From Vitrella brassicaformis CCMP3155 (Eukaryota; Protista; Chromerida): 64,000 nucleotides of DNA. The DNA is taken from positions 62,001 through 126,000 of the forward strand of contig CDMY01000189.1 of the NCBI GenBank assembly GCA_001179505.1, written 5' to 3'. Both the position numbers and the translations under genes were made by a program. The notes beneath the pieces were generated by a model. That model worked only from the letters and a program-made list of their open reading frames with translations, was not told the origin of the DNA and did no database searches. This document shows, one piece after another, positions 48,548 through 61,603 of the stretch; position 1 is the first letter of the stretch, and the number at the start of each line of letters is the position of its first letter.

Positions 48548-51500
48548 TCACACCCTCCCCTCCCGGCCTCCGATCAGCTTCTCTATCCTCCTTGGTGCAA
48601 TGCCCATCCGCCGCCCCAGCTCCCTCACCTCTGCAGGCACACCTTTCCCCTCCCCCCTCTCCCCCTGCCTCTCCTGCACGTCCCTCGCCAGGGCCACCAG
48701 CGCCCCCTCCCACGCACTCCTCGTCTCCCCACTGGCCGCACTCCGCACCTCATCCAACACATCCTGAAACTGCTCCACTGATGAAGATGTCTTCAGCAAA
48801 GGCAAAGGTGAATCGTCTTCTTCCGACTGAGAGAAGAGAGAGGGGTGGGCCGACGACGGCATATCGTTCTGGTTGACGAGCAGCCTGCGCCGGATCTCCT
48901 GCCGGAGACACGCCCGGAGCCGCCGGAGGCCTCTCGGCAGGTCCATGTCACTGCTTATTATGGCCGAAGAAGACGAGAGCATACGCGCCGCGTCCAGCAG
49001 TTGCCCCACCTGGTCAAGTGGCAGGGAGTGGGGCGCCGCCTCCTTGGAGTGAAGGATGCGGGTGAGCTGGGCGGTGAGGGCGGCGAACAGAGGCGTAGGT
49101 GGTGGGGATGCGGCAGCGGATGGCTGCAGAAGGAACAGGTGCGCGGCGTGGGTAAAGGCGGCCGCATGGTGAGAGAGGGAGTGGGGCGACGGGAGGTGGT
49201 GGTGGGGGGTCGACAGCAACGCCATGATGTAAGTCGAGCTGACAAACAAACAAACAGACAGACAGACACACAAACAGACAGACAGACAGACACGCATCGC
49301 GTTCGCTCCTGATGCATACATAAGTCCCTGTCTGAGCATCGACGTACCTGTAGCACTTGATGAGCGGCTCCGCGCACTCGGGCAGGTGCAGGGCCAACAC
49401 CGCCTCAGCCACCTCATTCAGCGCACCCAACTCCCTCTCAGCCTTCACCCCACCCACACCCTCACCCTCCTCCCTGGCCCGCAAAACCTCTACGCTGTTG
49501 TCCGCCAGCAGCCGCAAGAACGGGCCCGTCCGGTAGCTCAGCCGCCGACACGCATCAAAGATCGCTGCCATGCTGCCCAGACCCAATGACAGCCTCGGTG
49601 CTGGCACTGGCTGCCGTCTTGATGGTTCCGGTCGCTCGGGTCTCGCTGATGACGAGACCGCCTCCTCGCAATCGACGGTGGCCGCTTTATGTGTCCTGAT
49701 GCGTTTGAGGGTCCGCCAGAGCTTCCTGGAGCTGCTGCGGGCGCGGAAACGTCCGCGTCTCTTCGGTGGTGAGGATGGTGAGATTGGGTGCAGGGGTGGG
49801 AAGAGTGGGTGCTGCTCATAGAGGATGGCTGAAGAGTGGTCGACGAATGAGCCGGCAAGGGCGGAGGGGGGCAGGCGCTTGAAGGGCAGGAGGAAGAGCC
49901 GACGAAGGTCGCGCCACAGCTGGATGAACCAGTCCGAGCTCTGAAAGACAGAGACGAACGGGTGTATGCGGCCAGACACGCGCTGCGCTTGGTTGGCTGA
50001 TCGACCGGCCTGGCCTACCTCGATGATTTTCCTCTTGAGCCCCAGCTCCCTGAGCCTCTTGGCGCGCCGGTACTCATCCCCCTTCCGCCCCTCCCTCTTC
50101 CTCCCATCCCTCACCTCCCGCGGATGCACGTCCAGCACCCTCCCCCTCTCACCCCCCTTCTTGTCGTCACCGATGCCCATGCGGCCGCCGACCGTCTCAC
50201 TCCACAGCCCAGCCTCTCGCCGCCTCTGTTCCAGCAGTGCCTTTGCGTGAGGGGGGAGGGTGACTTTGGCGACGGTTGGGGCGGCGTCGGGGTCTGTGGT
50301 TGAGGGTGAGGGTGAGAGGAGTGCCCGTGCTCTCCGGCGGCTGGCGAGACGTCGCTGGGCGGGGTGGCCGCAGGGGAAGAAGAGCATCTCATCGTGGAAC
50401 AGACGCGCCTGTGCGGCGGTGAGGGTCCTCAGCACGTGTGCCGTGCTTGGCACAAACGCCCTCGCCCTCATGACGGTGCCGCCCCTGCTCACCCTGCCCT
50501 CCCCCAAGACCACCGCCCCGCCTGCCACACGTCTGTCCACATCTCGACCCATGATTGTCACCTTGCCCCCTCCTCCGCCCACAAGGTCTCGCCGTCCATC
50601 AGGAGGCACCATTGGAGACCGATCGCGGGCCTTCGGATACACGACGAGAGAAGAAGCTTCCTCCTTGGGTGTTGTTTCGGTCAAGGGCTCGTCCTCATCA
50701 CGGCCGTCATGAGGCAGGGCGGGGAAGGTGACAGCAGGGGGAGGGTAGGAGGTCGACGGAAGGCGGTCAAGGGTGCTGGCCACTTTGGGGGCGCTGGTGG
50801 GGTCGGCGGGCTGTTGGTTTGCGTTGGCATCGTCGTCGCCAGTCGCGGCGAGTGACTGCTCGATCTCCAGAATGGCCGCCAGCTGGTCAGGCTCGATCAG
50901 AAGCGTCGCCTCGTCCCTCTCCCTCTCTGTCTCCGCCACAAACGATGTCCCATCCTGCATCTCCGTCTCAGCCTGCTGGCTGTCGCCGTCGGGATGCTGC
51001 TGCAGCGCTCTCATTTCCAGCCCGTTTAGGTCTATCCTCCACTTGCCGTGTGTGGGGCGCTTTGGCACGGCCGGCTGCATCACCGCCTGTGCAGCGGCAG
51101 ACGGGAAGAACGGGAAAAGAGACACCGGCGGGGGCGCGACAGCCATACCAGCACCAGCACCAGCGGCACCGTTTCTCCCTCTCGCCGCCCTCCCCTCCTC
51201 TCTCCTAACCCTCGGCTGGGTGAGCGAGCTCGCCTCTCTCAGGTCGTTGTCCTCTTCTCCAGCCGGGCCACTTTCGGCGGCCGCCGTTGCCATCCTGGAC
51301 GAGAGGAATGACAGGAAGTGGTGGTCCCTCAGCCCCAGCTGCGCGCAGGCGACGTAGAATGCGGTGACGACACCAGGGGAGAGCGTGGCGCCTGTGGCTG
51401 CTGCTTGGCGAAGGGGCGAGGGAGAGGGAGAGGGGGTGGGTGGCTGGAAGAGAGACCTGAACGGGCTGGAATCTGCCACACACACACACACACACAGACA

Positions 51501-53562
51501 CACACACACACACACAAACTAACTACAGAGAGAGCGCTGAGAGAGAGCGGGCTAGGTCCGTTCCTGACCTGGCCCTAGCTCTCTGGAGAGGTGGTAGATG
51601 AGGAACTTGAAGAGGGTCTTGTGTTTGTACCGCAGCTTGGCGAACGACAACACCACCGACGACAACTGATGCACCCACCCCACCCACACACCAGAGGCCG
51701 ATCGATCGGTCAACTCCCCCTCTGTTTGCCATTAGGCACCAGTCACCCACCTCTTGCGGCGTGAACTGCTCCGGGATGGCCTGCACGGCCTTGCCCAGCT
51801 TGCTGAGCATCGGAGGGTCGCGCCAACGAAATTGCCGAAGCACACTGACCGAACAGACAAAGAACAGACGGCTGATTGGTGGACTGACACAGGCAGGCAG
51901 TCAGCGACAGCTGACGTATGTGTGTATGTGTATGTGGTGTGCGCACTCACATGAGAAGGAAGGTGACCTGTCTGGGCAAAAGGCTCGCGAGATGCTCCTC
52001 AGTGTGCTGACGCAACAGCTGAATGGATGGATGGGATGGACCAACACACACACACACACAGAGCGATACAGCACGCACACGAGCAGGCAGACCACACCAC
52101 ACCCACCATTATCAGTGAAGTGGGCGGTGTCTGGAGGTCGGCCTGCAGGATGACATTGGCGCAGTACAGCAGCACAGGCGTGGACAGCCGCTGCCGGTGC
52201 CGCAACAAGTTGTTGCACACACGCTCGTACAACCACCTGCACACACACACTCAGACCAGACCAGACCAGGCACACACACACCTTCTCCCTTCCCTCACAC
52301 ACATGGTTGGCTTGGCGCGTTATCTCGTCTCGCGTCCTTACGTGTCCTGTGCGCCCAGGTCGGCATAGACCTTGCACAGCGAGACGAGCTCAAACGGCTT
52401 GAGCCGTCCGAGCGCCACGTGGCTCTTCTCCCAGGCGTCGAATACACACGTCCTCACCGCTCGCTGATGGCCCTCCCGCACCGACACCTGCTCATCCTGC
52501 CGCTGACGATCCTGGTGCTGGTGGTGGTGGTGTCTGGTTGAGCGCAGAGGCCTGGGGGCGAGGAGAGCACTGTAGTCCGTCAGCTTGAACTCCACCTGAC
52601 ACACACACACGAGTGCATGCCATCCATCCATCCATCCATCCACAAAACACAGACACACTCTCTCTCTCTGTGTGTGTGTGGGGGGGTGGGTGGGTGTGGG
52701 TGTGGGTGTGGGTGATGTCCGGCCTCACCATGAATCTGAGAATGAAGACCCAGTCTTTTGGCCTGACGTCCTCTTCCTGCCGGTGCAGGTGGACCAGCAG
52801 CGCACTCAGATGGCCCGGCGCGGGACAGTAGCGCAGCCGACGAAACGACTGAAGCGCCAGACACAATGACGGCAGGGACACTGAATCAACCACACACACA
52901 CACACACGGACATGCGCACACAACGGCCATCGTTCTGCGTGTGGTGCACTGTGCTGTGCACTGTGCAGTGAGGGATTCCTGGGTACGTTTCCGTATCTCT
53001 GCGGCCCAGTAGAGGCCTTCACTGATGGCCTTGAGCAGCAGCGGGTCATGGTAGCCGCCCAGCGCCATGCCATGCAGGAGCAGACTCAACTCGTGCCCAC
53101 TGAAGCGGGCCAGCGTCCGCACCATACGCACCGACAGATCCTGCCACACGGCCTCCTCGCGGATGCCCGCCTTGCCTGCAGACAAGAAAGACAGCCCATC
53201 GATTGCCTGTCGTGTGTGTATGTCGGTCGATTCACACCTGACTGACCTGTGTGGATGACCTGCAGCACGAGATCTTTCGGAGTGCCATACTGCCGAGCCA
53301 GGTTCACTGCCTCGTCGCGCTGCTCTCCATGCTGCTGCTGCTGGTGCACCACGGTTGCAGCCGTCTTGACTGCATCGAACACCGAGGTGGCCTCGTCATA
53401 ACCTGCAGCAGTGGCCGAAGTTGCGGCTGCATGTACATGTGGCTGCTGCTGCTGGGTTCTTGCGGCGGTGGTGCTGATGTGGCATCTTCTGCACCTCTTG
53501 AAGGGAGGCGGCGGCAACGGGATCTGTATGAGCCGGCGGGAGGAGGGGCGCAGCAGATCCAT
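48548..53562 (-). CDS. Large helical-repeat protein (HPR/OPR/FASTK-like organellar RNA-binding type) with a mitochondrial-like presequence
   Basis: Arg-rich N-terminus MDLLRPSSRRL..RRCHISTTAART. Repeats such as FSGHELSLLLHGMA, LKPFELVSLCKVYA, FTPQE|VSSVVLSFAKLRY and MAAIFDACRRLSY. No clear RAP domain seen. Confidence 0.55.
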
Positions 53563-53751
53563 TGAGATTCGATGGTCGATGGTCGATGGATGAGATCTCT
53601 TTCTGCCGGCATGCAATAGACTGTCAGCTTCTCACCAGCGTGAATGCCAGTCGGCCATCTTTTGCGAGCTTAGAGAGCAGATCTGACATCCTCCTCCCGG
53701 CTCTGCGGTTCTGTCTGTCTGTCTGTCCAAAGTGGTTGAAAGGAGGCAGCA

Positions 53752-56610
53752 ATGTCGTCGTATCCACCTCCTCCTCGAGGAGGCACGAATCCCTCAGGCT
53801 CAGGCCGGCAGGCCGGCGGCAGCAAGGCGGCCATGGCAGCTGCCGCTGCCGCCACGGACCCTGCGCACGGCCTGATGTACTTCACCGAGACCAAGTCGGG
53901 TTTCCTGTGCGACCGTCAGTTTGTCCACGAGGTGCCCTTGCCGCCTCACCTGCCCAAGATGCTGCAGACGCCTCACGAGCTGGTCTTCGGCGCTGTCAGA
54001 TGGGGAGAGAGCCAGGGATCCGCCGGTGAGTGCATGTCGAAGCAGACAGAGCTGTAGATCAGAGTGAGTCTCTGTATGGCCTGTACGTGTGTGATGCATG
54101 CCATCGGTGCAGGTGATATCCCGCGTCATTTGGTCCATCTCGGTGTGGAGGGCGGCCTGGCCAGCGGTGGGAGGGTGGACCTGAAGCGGATGCGCGTCAT
54201 GGATGAAGGCCTCGGCACAAGACCTTACCAGAGAAGAGGAGGTAACCACTCCGACACAGCACATCCATCCGTCCATCGTTGTCTGTCTGTTCGTTCCCAG
54301 ATGGGCACAACCGTGTGCTGCCGCTGCACCCCAAGGACCAGTCGCTCATGTACTTCGACGACTCGGTCATTGATCAGCTGCTGCCGCCCAGCAAGAGGCT
54401 CAAGCCAGCAGCTGCAGCAGCAGCGGGCAAGGCGCCCAAGTCGCCCCTCATGCTGCCGTCCCCGCCGCCGTGGATCGAACGGGAGAGGCCGCGGTCGCCG
54501 TCGCCTTCGCCCGTGCCGATTGAGGTCAAGCAGCCGGAGGGGACCAAAGCGAAGGAGTCCTATGTTGATCGTGTGCTCAAGACCTTCAATGTCAGCCCCG
54601 CCATGGTGAGTGCGTCAGCACCACACCGTCACCGTCACCATCCATCCATCCATCCATCCATCCATCCAATGTGATGTGTTGCCGTCCATCAGTTCACGTG
54701 TCCAGGGAGCAAGAGTCTGCGCGCCAACCCGCCCGTGCAGATCCTCCGGGTGCTGCCCCACCCCGACCTATGGACCCACAACTACATGCAGGTCTCTTTT
54801 GACGAGGACCCCTTCGCCTCAGGAGGACGGGACAAGGCCCGGCAGGGCCTCGCGCCGCTGTCACTGTCCGGCGGCCCCAAACCTGTGCCTAGCGGCAAGG
54901 CTCCTGCGGCTGTCATGACGGTCAACAGGGAGAAACAGGCCACAGGCGGATCCATGTAAGTAAGAGTGTGTGTGGCGGGGCGGGCACTGACAAGGGAGGG
55001 AAGGAGGGAGGGAGGGAGGGAGGGATCTGTGTGTGCACATGTGTGTGTTTAGTATGCGTTGTGGGTTCTTTGTGCGTGGGTCGAAGCCTGATGGTGTTGA
55101 GAGGGATGATGACGTCGATGAGGTGAGGGGGTNNNNNNNNNNNNNNNNNNNNNNNNNNNNNNNNNNNNNNNNNNNNNNNNNNNNNNNNNNNNNNNNNNNN
55201 NNNNNNNNNNNNNNNNNNNNNNNNNNNNNNNNNNNNNNNNNNNNNNNNNNNNNNNNNNNNNNNNNNNNNNNNNNNNNNNNNNNNNNNNNNNNNNNNNNNN
55301 NNNNNNNNNNNNNNNNNNNNNNNNNNNNNNNNNNNNNNNNNNNNNNNNNNNNNNNNNNNNNNNNNNNNNNNNNNNNNNNNNNNNNNNNNNNNNNNNNNNN
55401 NNNNNNNNNNNNNNNNNNNNNNNNNNNNNNNNTGAGAGGGATGATGACGTCGATGAGGTGAGGGGGTGGGGGAGGGAGGGAGGGAGGGAGGGAGGAGGGT
55501 GGATGATGCAGCCGGTTGGTCGATGAATGCCTTCCTTCATTGTGTTGTTTTGTGTTGTGTTGTGTTTTGTGTTTGCCAGGCTGACGGCCTGCTGGGCTAC
55601 TACGCCCACAAGAGCGATTACCACGTCTCAGTCTCGGTGAGACGAAACACACACCACACCCGCAGAGAATCGCTATGCGAGCTGCTCTCTTTCCAATGGT
55701 TTGCTACCCGTGCAGTCATTCCAGGGGGCCAAGAAGAGCTCGGGCAACTATGTCCTGGAGATGCCCCACCCCCCCGACCTCAGCCGACTCGAGATCACCC
55801 AAGCCAACAACACACAGCAAGAGTCGCAGTCGCAGGCGATCGAGTCCCAACAGCTCATGCCGCCATCGGCTACGGCCACAAGCAGCAACAAGGTCAAGGT
55901 GGCGAGGGGTGAGGCGCTGCTCGTGCCGTTGGCCACTGGGCGGCTGCCTCTGAAGAGGGCGGCCGAGAGGGGCGGCTATGGGAGGCGCCTTGAGGCCGAC
56001 TTCATCCGGCTGGGGCAGCGCAGCCTGACTGAAGACGAGATGAAAGGCGCCGAGACAAAACGCCTACAGATCATGGTACGAATGACACAGAGAGCAGAAA
56101 CAACACCACACCACACCACACACCATCTCTGTCTTTATCCCTGCAGACGACCACCATGGATGACGCGCCGCTGCCGGAGGAACCGCCGATCCCGCGTGAG
56201 AAGACGCCCGAGGACGAGGGCCCGATGGGCCATGAAGACGAGGACGAGCACGACCGGCTGGAGGGCGAGGGCGACCTCAGTGGACAGAGGGAGGAGGGTG
56301 GTGCCGGTGCTGGTGGTGGGGCTGGGGCCGCTGGTGAAGGTGAGGGTGGTGGGGCGGGTGAGGGTCGTGGTCGTGGGGATGAGGAGAGCGAGGAGGGCGA
56401 GGTCAAGAAGAGCTCGGACGAGGAAGGGTCTAGTGATGAAGACGAAGATGAAAGGTATCGCTTCGTCTCTCGTCTCATTTCACCTCTCTCTCGGTTCGTG
56501 TGCGCGGCTGGCTGGCTGGCTGTGTGGTCGTGAATATGTGCAGTGGTGAGGAGTCGTCGTCGGCCGAGTCATCCGAGTCTGGCGAGGAGGGGGAGATTGA
56601 CGAAGACTGA
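53752..56610 (+). CDS. PAF1: RNA polymerase II-associated factor Paf1 homolog
   Basis: FLCDRQFVHEVPLPPHLPKML, LHPKDQSL, VLKTF, VLPHPDLWTHNYMQVSFDEDP, and a long acidic C-terminal tail. Confidence 0.75.
55133..55432. other. Assembly gap (300 N) in a PAF1 intron with duplicated flanks
   Basis: TGAGAGGGATGATGACGTCGATGAGGTGAGGGGGT on both sides. Confidence 0.9.
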
Positions 56611-57547
56611 CTGACTGAATAAATGTGCGCAAGTGGCTGCTGACGTGCTGCATGGTTTCTGATGATCGTTCGGCTGATAGTCGATGTCTTGTCCATGCCT
56701 TCGTCGCGAGATGGCGCTCGAGTCGTTTCCGCCCTCCGATGCGGGCTGAGGAATCGACTCGAGCGCCGTCATGCCACGGACGGGACACAGATGTCTACGC
56801 GAGCTATGCATGTCCACGAGACATCTTTGTGTCTTAAGACAAACAATGTGTTTAGGCTGCTCATTGTCAGCTGCATGGCATGCAGCAAATCCATCGTTGC
56901 CGACTGACAATCCACACACGACCCACCGCACCGCACCCTCTCGAACTTACGACCACCGACCAACTGCCTGTCTGCCTGCCTGCCCGCCTGCCTGCCTGCC
57001 TGCCTGTCAGTACTTGCAATGGATGTCTGCACACGCACGGCACAGTACAGTGCAGTGCGCCGGTCTGAGAGGCGAAGTGATTAGATTTGTTCATCGGCCG
57101 TTCTTATCGGCTGACATTGAGAGGCCTTTTCTGCCTCGCGATGGCTCTACTTTTTGTGGGCAAGCCACGTGCTGTGCTGACGAGCGACCATTTCATTAGT
57201 GTCTGCCAGTGCATTTGGACCTCTGTCGGTAAGAAGACTGACTTAGATTTGCTGTCTGACGAGCCAGCCGTGTCAGCGGCAGTGTGCAGTGTGATTGACT
57301 GGTCGATGGGTAAGCCTTACCTGCCCAGGTAGGTATATTGAATGCATTCACGTGTCCGTCCGGTCACTCACCTTTTCCACACGCACGACAAGCGGGCAGC
57401 CAGGCAGGCCGACGCAAACAGAACCCACAATCACTCACTCCTTCATCTAGTCCACATACAGACGACGCACCGCGAAGCACCGCACAGCACCGCAGCCTCT
57501 CACTCAGTCAATCAATCCATTCTACAGTCCTCTCTCAGACAGTTCAC

Positions 57548-58008
57548 TCACTGGTTCTGGGGGTTGTTCTTGAGCAGGAAGTTGGCCTGCACCCACACAC
57601 AACCAACACAAAACAGCACAGCACAACGGCAAATGGCACCTTGAGTGCAGTAAAGGCATTGACACTGCCAACACAACACACCAACAGTACCAGGAACTCG
57701 ATGGGGTTGGGAGGCCGCTCGGTCGCCACGGCATTGAGTGCGGGCAGCAGCACCGGCACTATCATCTGGTCCAGGTACTGACGGATGGGCAGCGACTGCG
57801 CGTTCATCGTCGCACCCACAGCACCAGCGCCCTTCTCACCCCCACCAGCAGCGGTGGCCGGCTGTGGACTCTCGAGGACTCCTTTGGCTTCCTGCCCGCC
57901 TGACTCCTTGGGGTAGGCTTCGCTGCTGCCCGTTTCCTTGGGCTCCTCATCGGCAGGGCCTGATGGGGCGGGAGGCGCCTCGGAGTCACCGACCTCTTCG
58001 GACGACAT
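57548..58008 (-). CDS. DPY30: Dpy-30 motif protein
   Basis: [35 protein letters not shown]|ANFLLKNN, two exons. Confidence 0.85.
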
Positions 58009-58358
58009 CTTCTTCAACTAATACGATAGGAGACGAACGGGCGGATGGTTGCTGCTCTCGTGGAGGCGTCAATAGCAGAGTTTTCCTCCCCAGCAGCTGC
58101 GAGCTAGTGGAGGAGACCAAGAGGTTGAAGCTTACCTGTCGCAGACTCCCGCCGCCGCCAGTCGCAGTGACCGACAACTGCCATGTGTGTGTGCTCTGCG
58201 ACGATGCGTGCATTGACGGAGGCGGCCTTTCCGATCGCAGGGCCTGGCGTCTTTGCGTGTCCTTTGCGTTCCCTCTCGTGCCAAGGATTACTGGTCCGCT
58301 GAGGCCTTGGTGGGCAGCTTATCTATCCAGGATTCTTCCGCTTGCCGAGTTGAACTTG

Positions 58359-61285
58359 ATGAACGTGAAGCGGGCCGTGAGTGCTGGAGCCCGCGTGTCC
58401 GATGCCTGTTACTTCCTCTGCATCATAGCTGGTATGTAAGCTATAGAAGTGGTGAGCACTGCAGGGCCCTGCGCTAGCTAGATGGATGCATCGCCATCGA
58501 TCGATGGCCTGCCTGCCTGCCTGTGCTGTATGCTGTGTGTGCTGTGTGTGTTGTTAGGTGAAGTGATTGCTTGTGCGTTCTTCGTCGTGCTCGCGAAGCA
58601 GCTGTTTCTAGATGCGTACTTCACCTTCCCCTCCTTTTTGCATGCCCTCCTCAGCGCGCCGCTGCTCCTCCTCTCCTCGCTCAGCAAGAACGGACTCCTC
58701 ATCGGCGGCCTCGGCGCTCTCAAGCACCTCTCCCACTCCGCCGCCCTTGCGGGCTTCTACACGTCTTTCCTCCAGTCACTCTCGTACAACACAGCCTCCC
58801 AGGCCACCGCAGCTCTCTACCTGACGTCCGCTGTCCTGTTTGCTCTCCGGTATAGCGACACACGGCGGCCGCTGCTGTGCCTGTTCATCGTCTGCGTGTC
58901 ACTGATCGACACGACTGGCCTGACGATGGCCACCGACAGCCCCCCGTTTCGGGAGGTGCAGTGGGTGGGCAGCGGGTGGCTGGTGCTGTCAGTTGTCTTT
59001 TTGCTGCTGACGACTATCCATGGGCTGAGCGGGTCACGCCGGAAGCGCGTCAAGGGCGGGAGCGGGAATGTGACGCTGTCGCCGCCCACTGGGGGGAGTG
59101 GGAACGGCGGCGTGAAGAGGGGGGAGGAGGGCGATGGCGGCATCATGCCGATACCCTTCGAGCTGGGCGATGTCTTGTGGGCAGGTCAGACAGGAGCGTC
59201 TGTTTATCTGTGCGTTGCTGGAGGGTGTGCTGTGTCGTCCTCTGTGTGTGTGTGTGTGTGTCAGTCGTGTTTAGCTTGGGTTGTGACGAGTGGCGGCCTT
59301 GGGTGGCAAAGAGCATATGGGAGTATAGGATGACGGGCATCGCCCTTCTGGGCATCCTCGGCTGCTCACTCGCGCTCATCGCTGACTCACTCCTCGCCGA
59401 ACTCATCACCAAGTAACCCCACACCCATCCATCCATCCACTCACCGTCTCCCGTGTCTGTCTGCAATGTTGATCAGGCGGCGCTTCTATTCGTCGAGCAG
59501 TAGCAGCCCCTCCCCCACCCCCCCGTCGTGGATGAGCCTCTTCCAGTCGGGGGGGCCCCCTCTGCGTGAGGAGGACCAGCCTCTGCTGTTCCTGCTCATG
59601 GGGGCCATGAAGCTCATGGCCATCGCACTCGTCGACTACCTCCTGCTGGGCGGGGTCGGCAGCCGCGCTGCCGGTGGGTGGCCCGCCTTTGTGACGGCCT
59701 GCATGTGTGCGGCGGCGCTGCTGGTGGTGGCTATCGGGCTGGACGGACCGGTTCTTGAGACGTCAACCTATGCCCCCAGATACTTTGAGGTCAGGAAACC
59801 CACGCCATCAGAGTGGCACGGACTACGCGGACTCCCTGTTGCGTGATTGTGGTCAGGATGCCTTGTTCCTGCCGCACCATCCCGGCGGTCGCATGGCCGC
59901 TGCGGGAGGGGCGTCGCGGCAGCTGCTGCCCTTTGGCGGCTCGACATGGAGTGCGGGGGGCAACGTCAACGCACTCAGCATCGCACCACGGAAGCTGGAC
60001 CTCATCACTTACGCATGCGGTGAGTGGGGGATGAGGTGAGCACCACGGTGGCTGGCCATTCCATCCATCCATCCACTGTTTCGGGTGTGTGTGTGTGTTT
60101 GTGTTGCTCGCTCAGTTGCCGTGCTGCTGATATTCGGCGCTGCCGGGCGTCTGTCCATCCACTGCTGCCCGGCGATATGGTCGCGTGACTGGTCACCCCC
60201 CGCCCCCTCCCTGACCTCCCCCCCTTTCAGAGACAACGCCTGTCTTCTCGAAGGCGACATCCGTCTGCTCCTCGCCCCCCAACGGCCACCAGACGGCGAC
60301 TCGGCGGCCGCCACCAGCAATCGCACTGGGAGCGACGCCGACGTCGACCGTCGGTACTCGCTGTTTCGGTCAGAGGAGGCGATGGTGGCCATTGTGTTGG
60401 GTGGCGGCCTGGAGGAGGGGGGCTGGGTGCTGAGTCACGTGCCGGCGCCGCCAAGGCACCAGGTGTATGCCTACAGGCGGGACGAGCAGGCGGGGAGCAG
60501 CGCGTTGCCCTACCTGGGTGGGGAGGCCTCGCGGTATGGTGCTTGGGCAAAGTTTGTGGCTGAGCACTATGAGTGCCTTCCGGAGTGGGTGCTGCTCATG
60601 CAAGGGCATAGGTAGGTCAGTCCAGTCAGGATCAGGTGCAGTGCCGTGCCGTCCACCCGGCCAGATTGGGGCGCTGTGGTGGCTGGCTGCGTGACTGTGT
60701 GCAGGTACATCGGCTCGAAGGACCTCTCGGTGTATGTGGACGACCTCAGCTGGCTGCCGTCAGTGTCAGAGGGCGACGCCGCGCGCCTGACGGTGTGGAG
60801 CCTCACCGACAAAGACGCCCACGCCAAACACGCGAGCGCAAGCTGGTGAGCTGGGCGGCGGATGACACAAGGCACGGCGACCGACACTCACACACACACA
60901 CACACACACAGACACAGACACAGACACAGACACACACGCGCACTCTCCCTCTCTCTGCAGGCTCCGCAACCACCACCCCGAGGTCCTGCACGCATCCAGG
61001 TACATATTCCCGTCGTCCGAGCCCCTCCCCTCCTCCCTCACCTGGCTGCCCTCCCCCAACCTCGCCGTGCACCGGTCGCAGCTGCGGAAGCGGTCACAGC
61101 GGTTCTGGAAGGGCCTCCTGCACTGGCTTGTGGCCACGAGAATCGACGATGAGTGGCCCCTGGAGGCGGGCGTGGGTGAGGACGGTTTGTCGACCAAGGA
61201 GAGGGTGGTCGAGGTGACGCTGCCGCGGATACTGCAGACATCTGTGGCCGAGATGGGGAAGGCCTGGGGACAGGCCAGGGGGTGA
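58359..61285 (+). CDS. Multi-pass nucleotide-sugar/DMT-like transporter region apparently fused to a C-terminal DUF3431-like domain
   Basis: N-terminal LAKQLFLDAYFTFPSFL (NST/TPT TM1-loop pattern) and many hydrophobic exons. Later GGEASRY..FVAEHYECLPEWVLLMQGH and NLAVHRSQLRKRSQRFW..LLHWL. Confidence 0.6.
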
Positions 61286-61603
61286 GATGAGGTTGGACGG
61301 GGTGGGACGGGACGGCGGGTCTGTAGTTTGGTTTGGTCCGTTGGTTGCTTGCTTGCTGGCTGACTGGTTGTGTGTGCGTTCCTTCTTTTCCTTCATGGTT
61401 GTACAGAGAGGGTGCCTGCCTCGTGTGCGTGTGTGTGATGTGACTCAGTGACCTTAAGTGGACAGATTGACAGGCAGACAAAATAAAAGTGGCAGTACAT
61501 TGTAAATTTGTTGACCCCCAACCGCAGGTTGCTGACGTCGTGGCTCATCGATTTGGCGGCCACGCGACGGCCACAGCGCACACAGCAGATCAAGATTGCA
61601 GCA

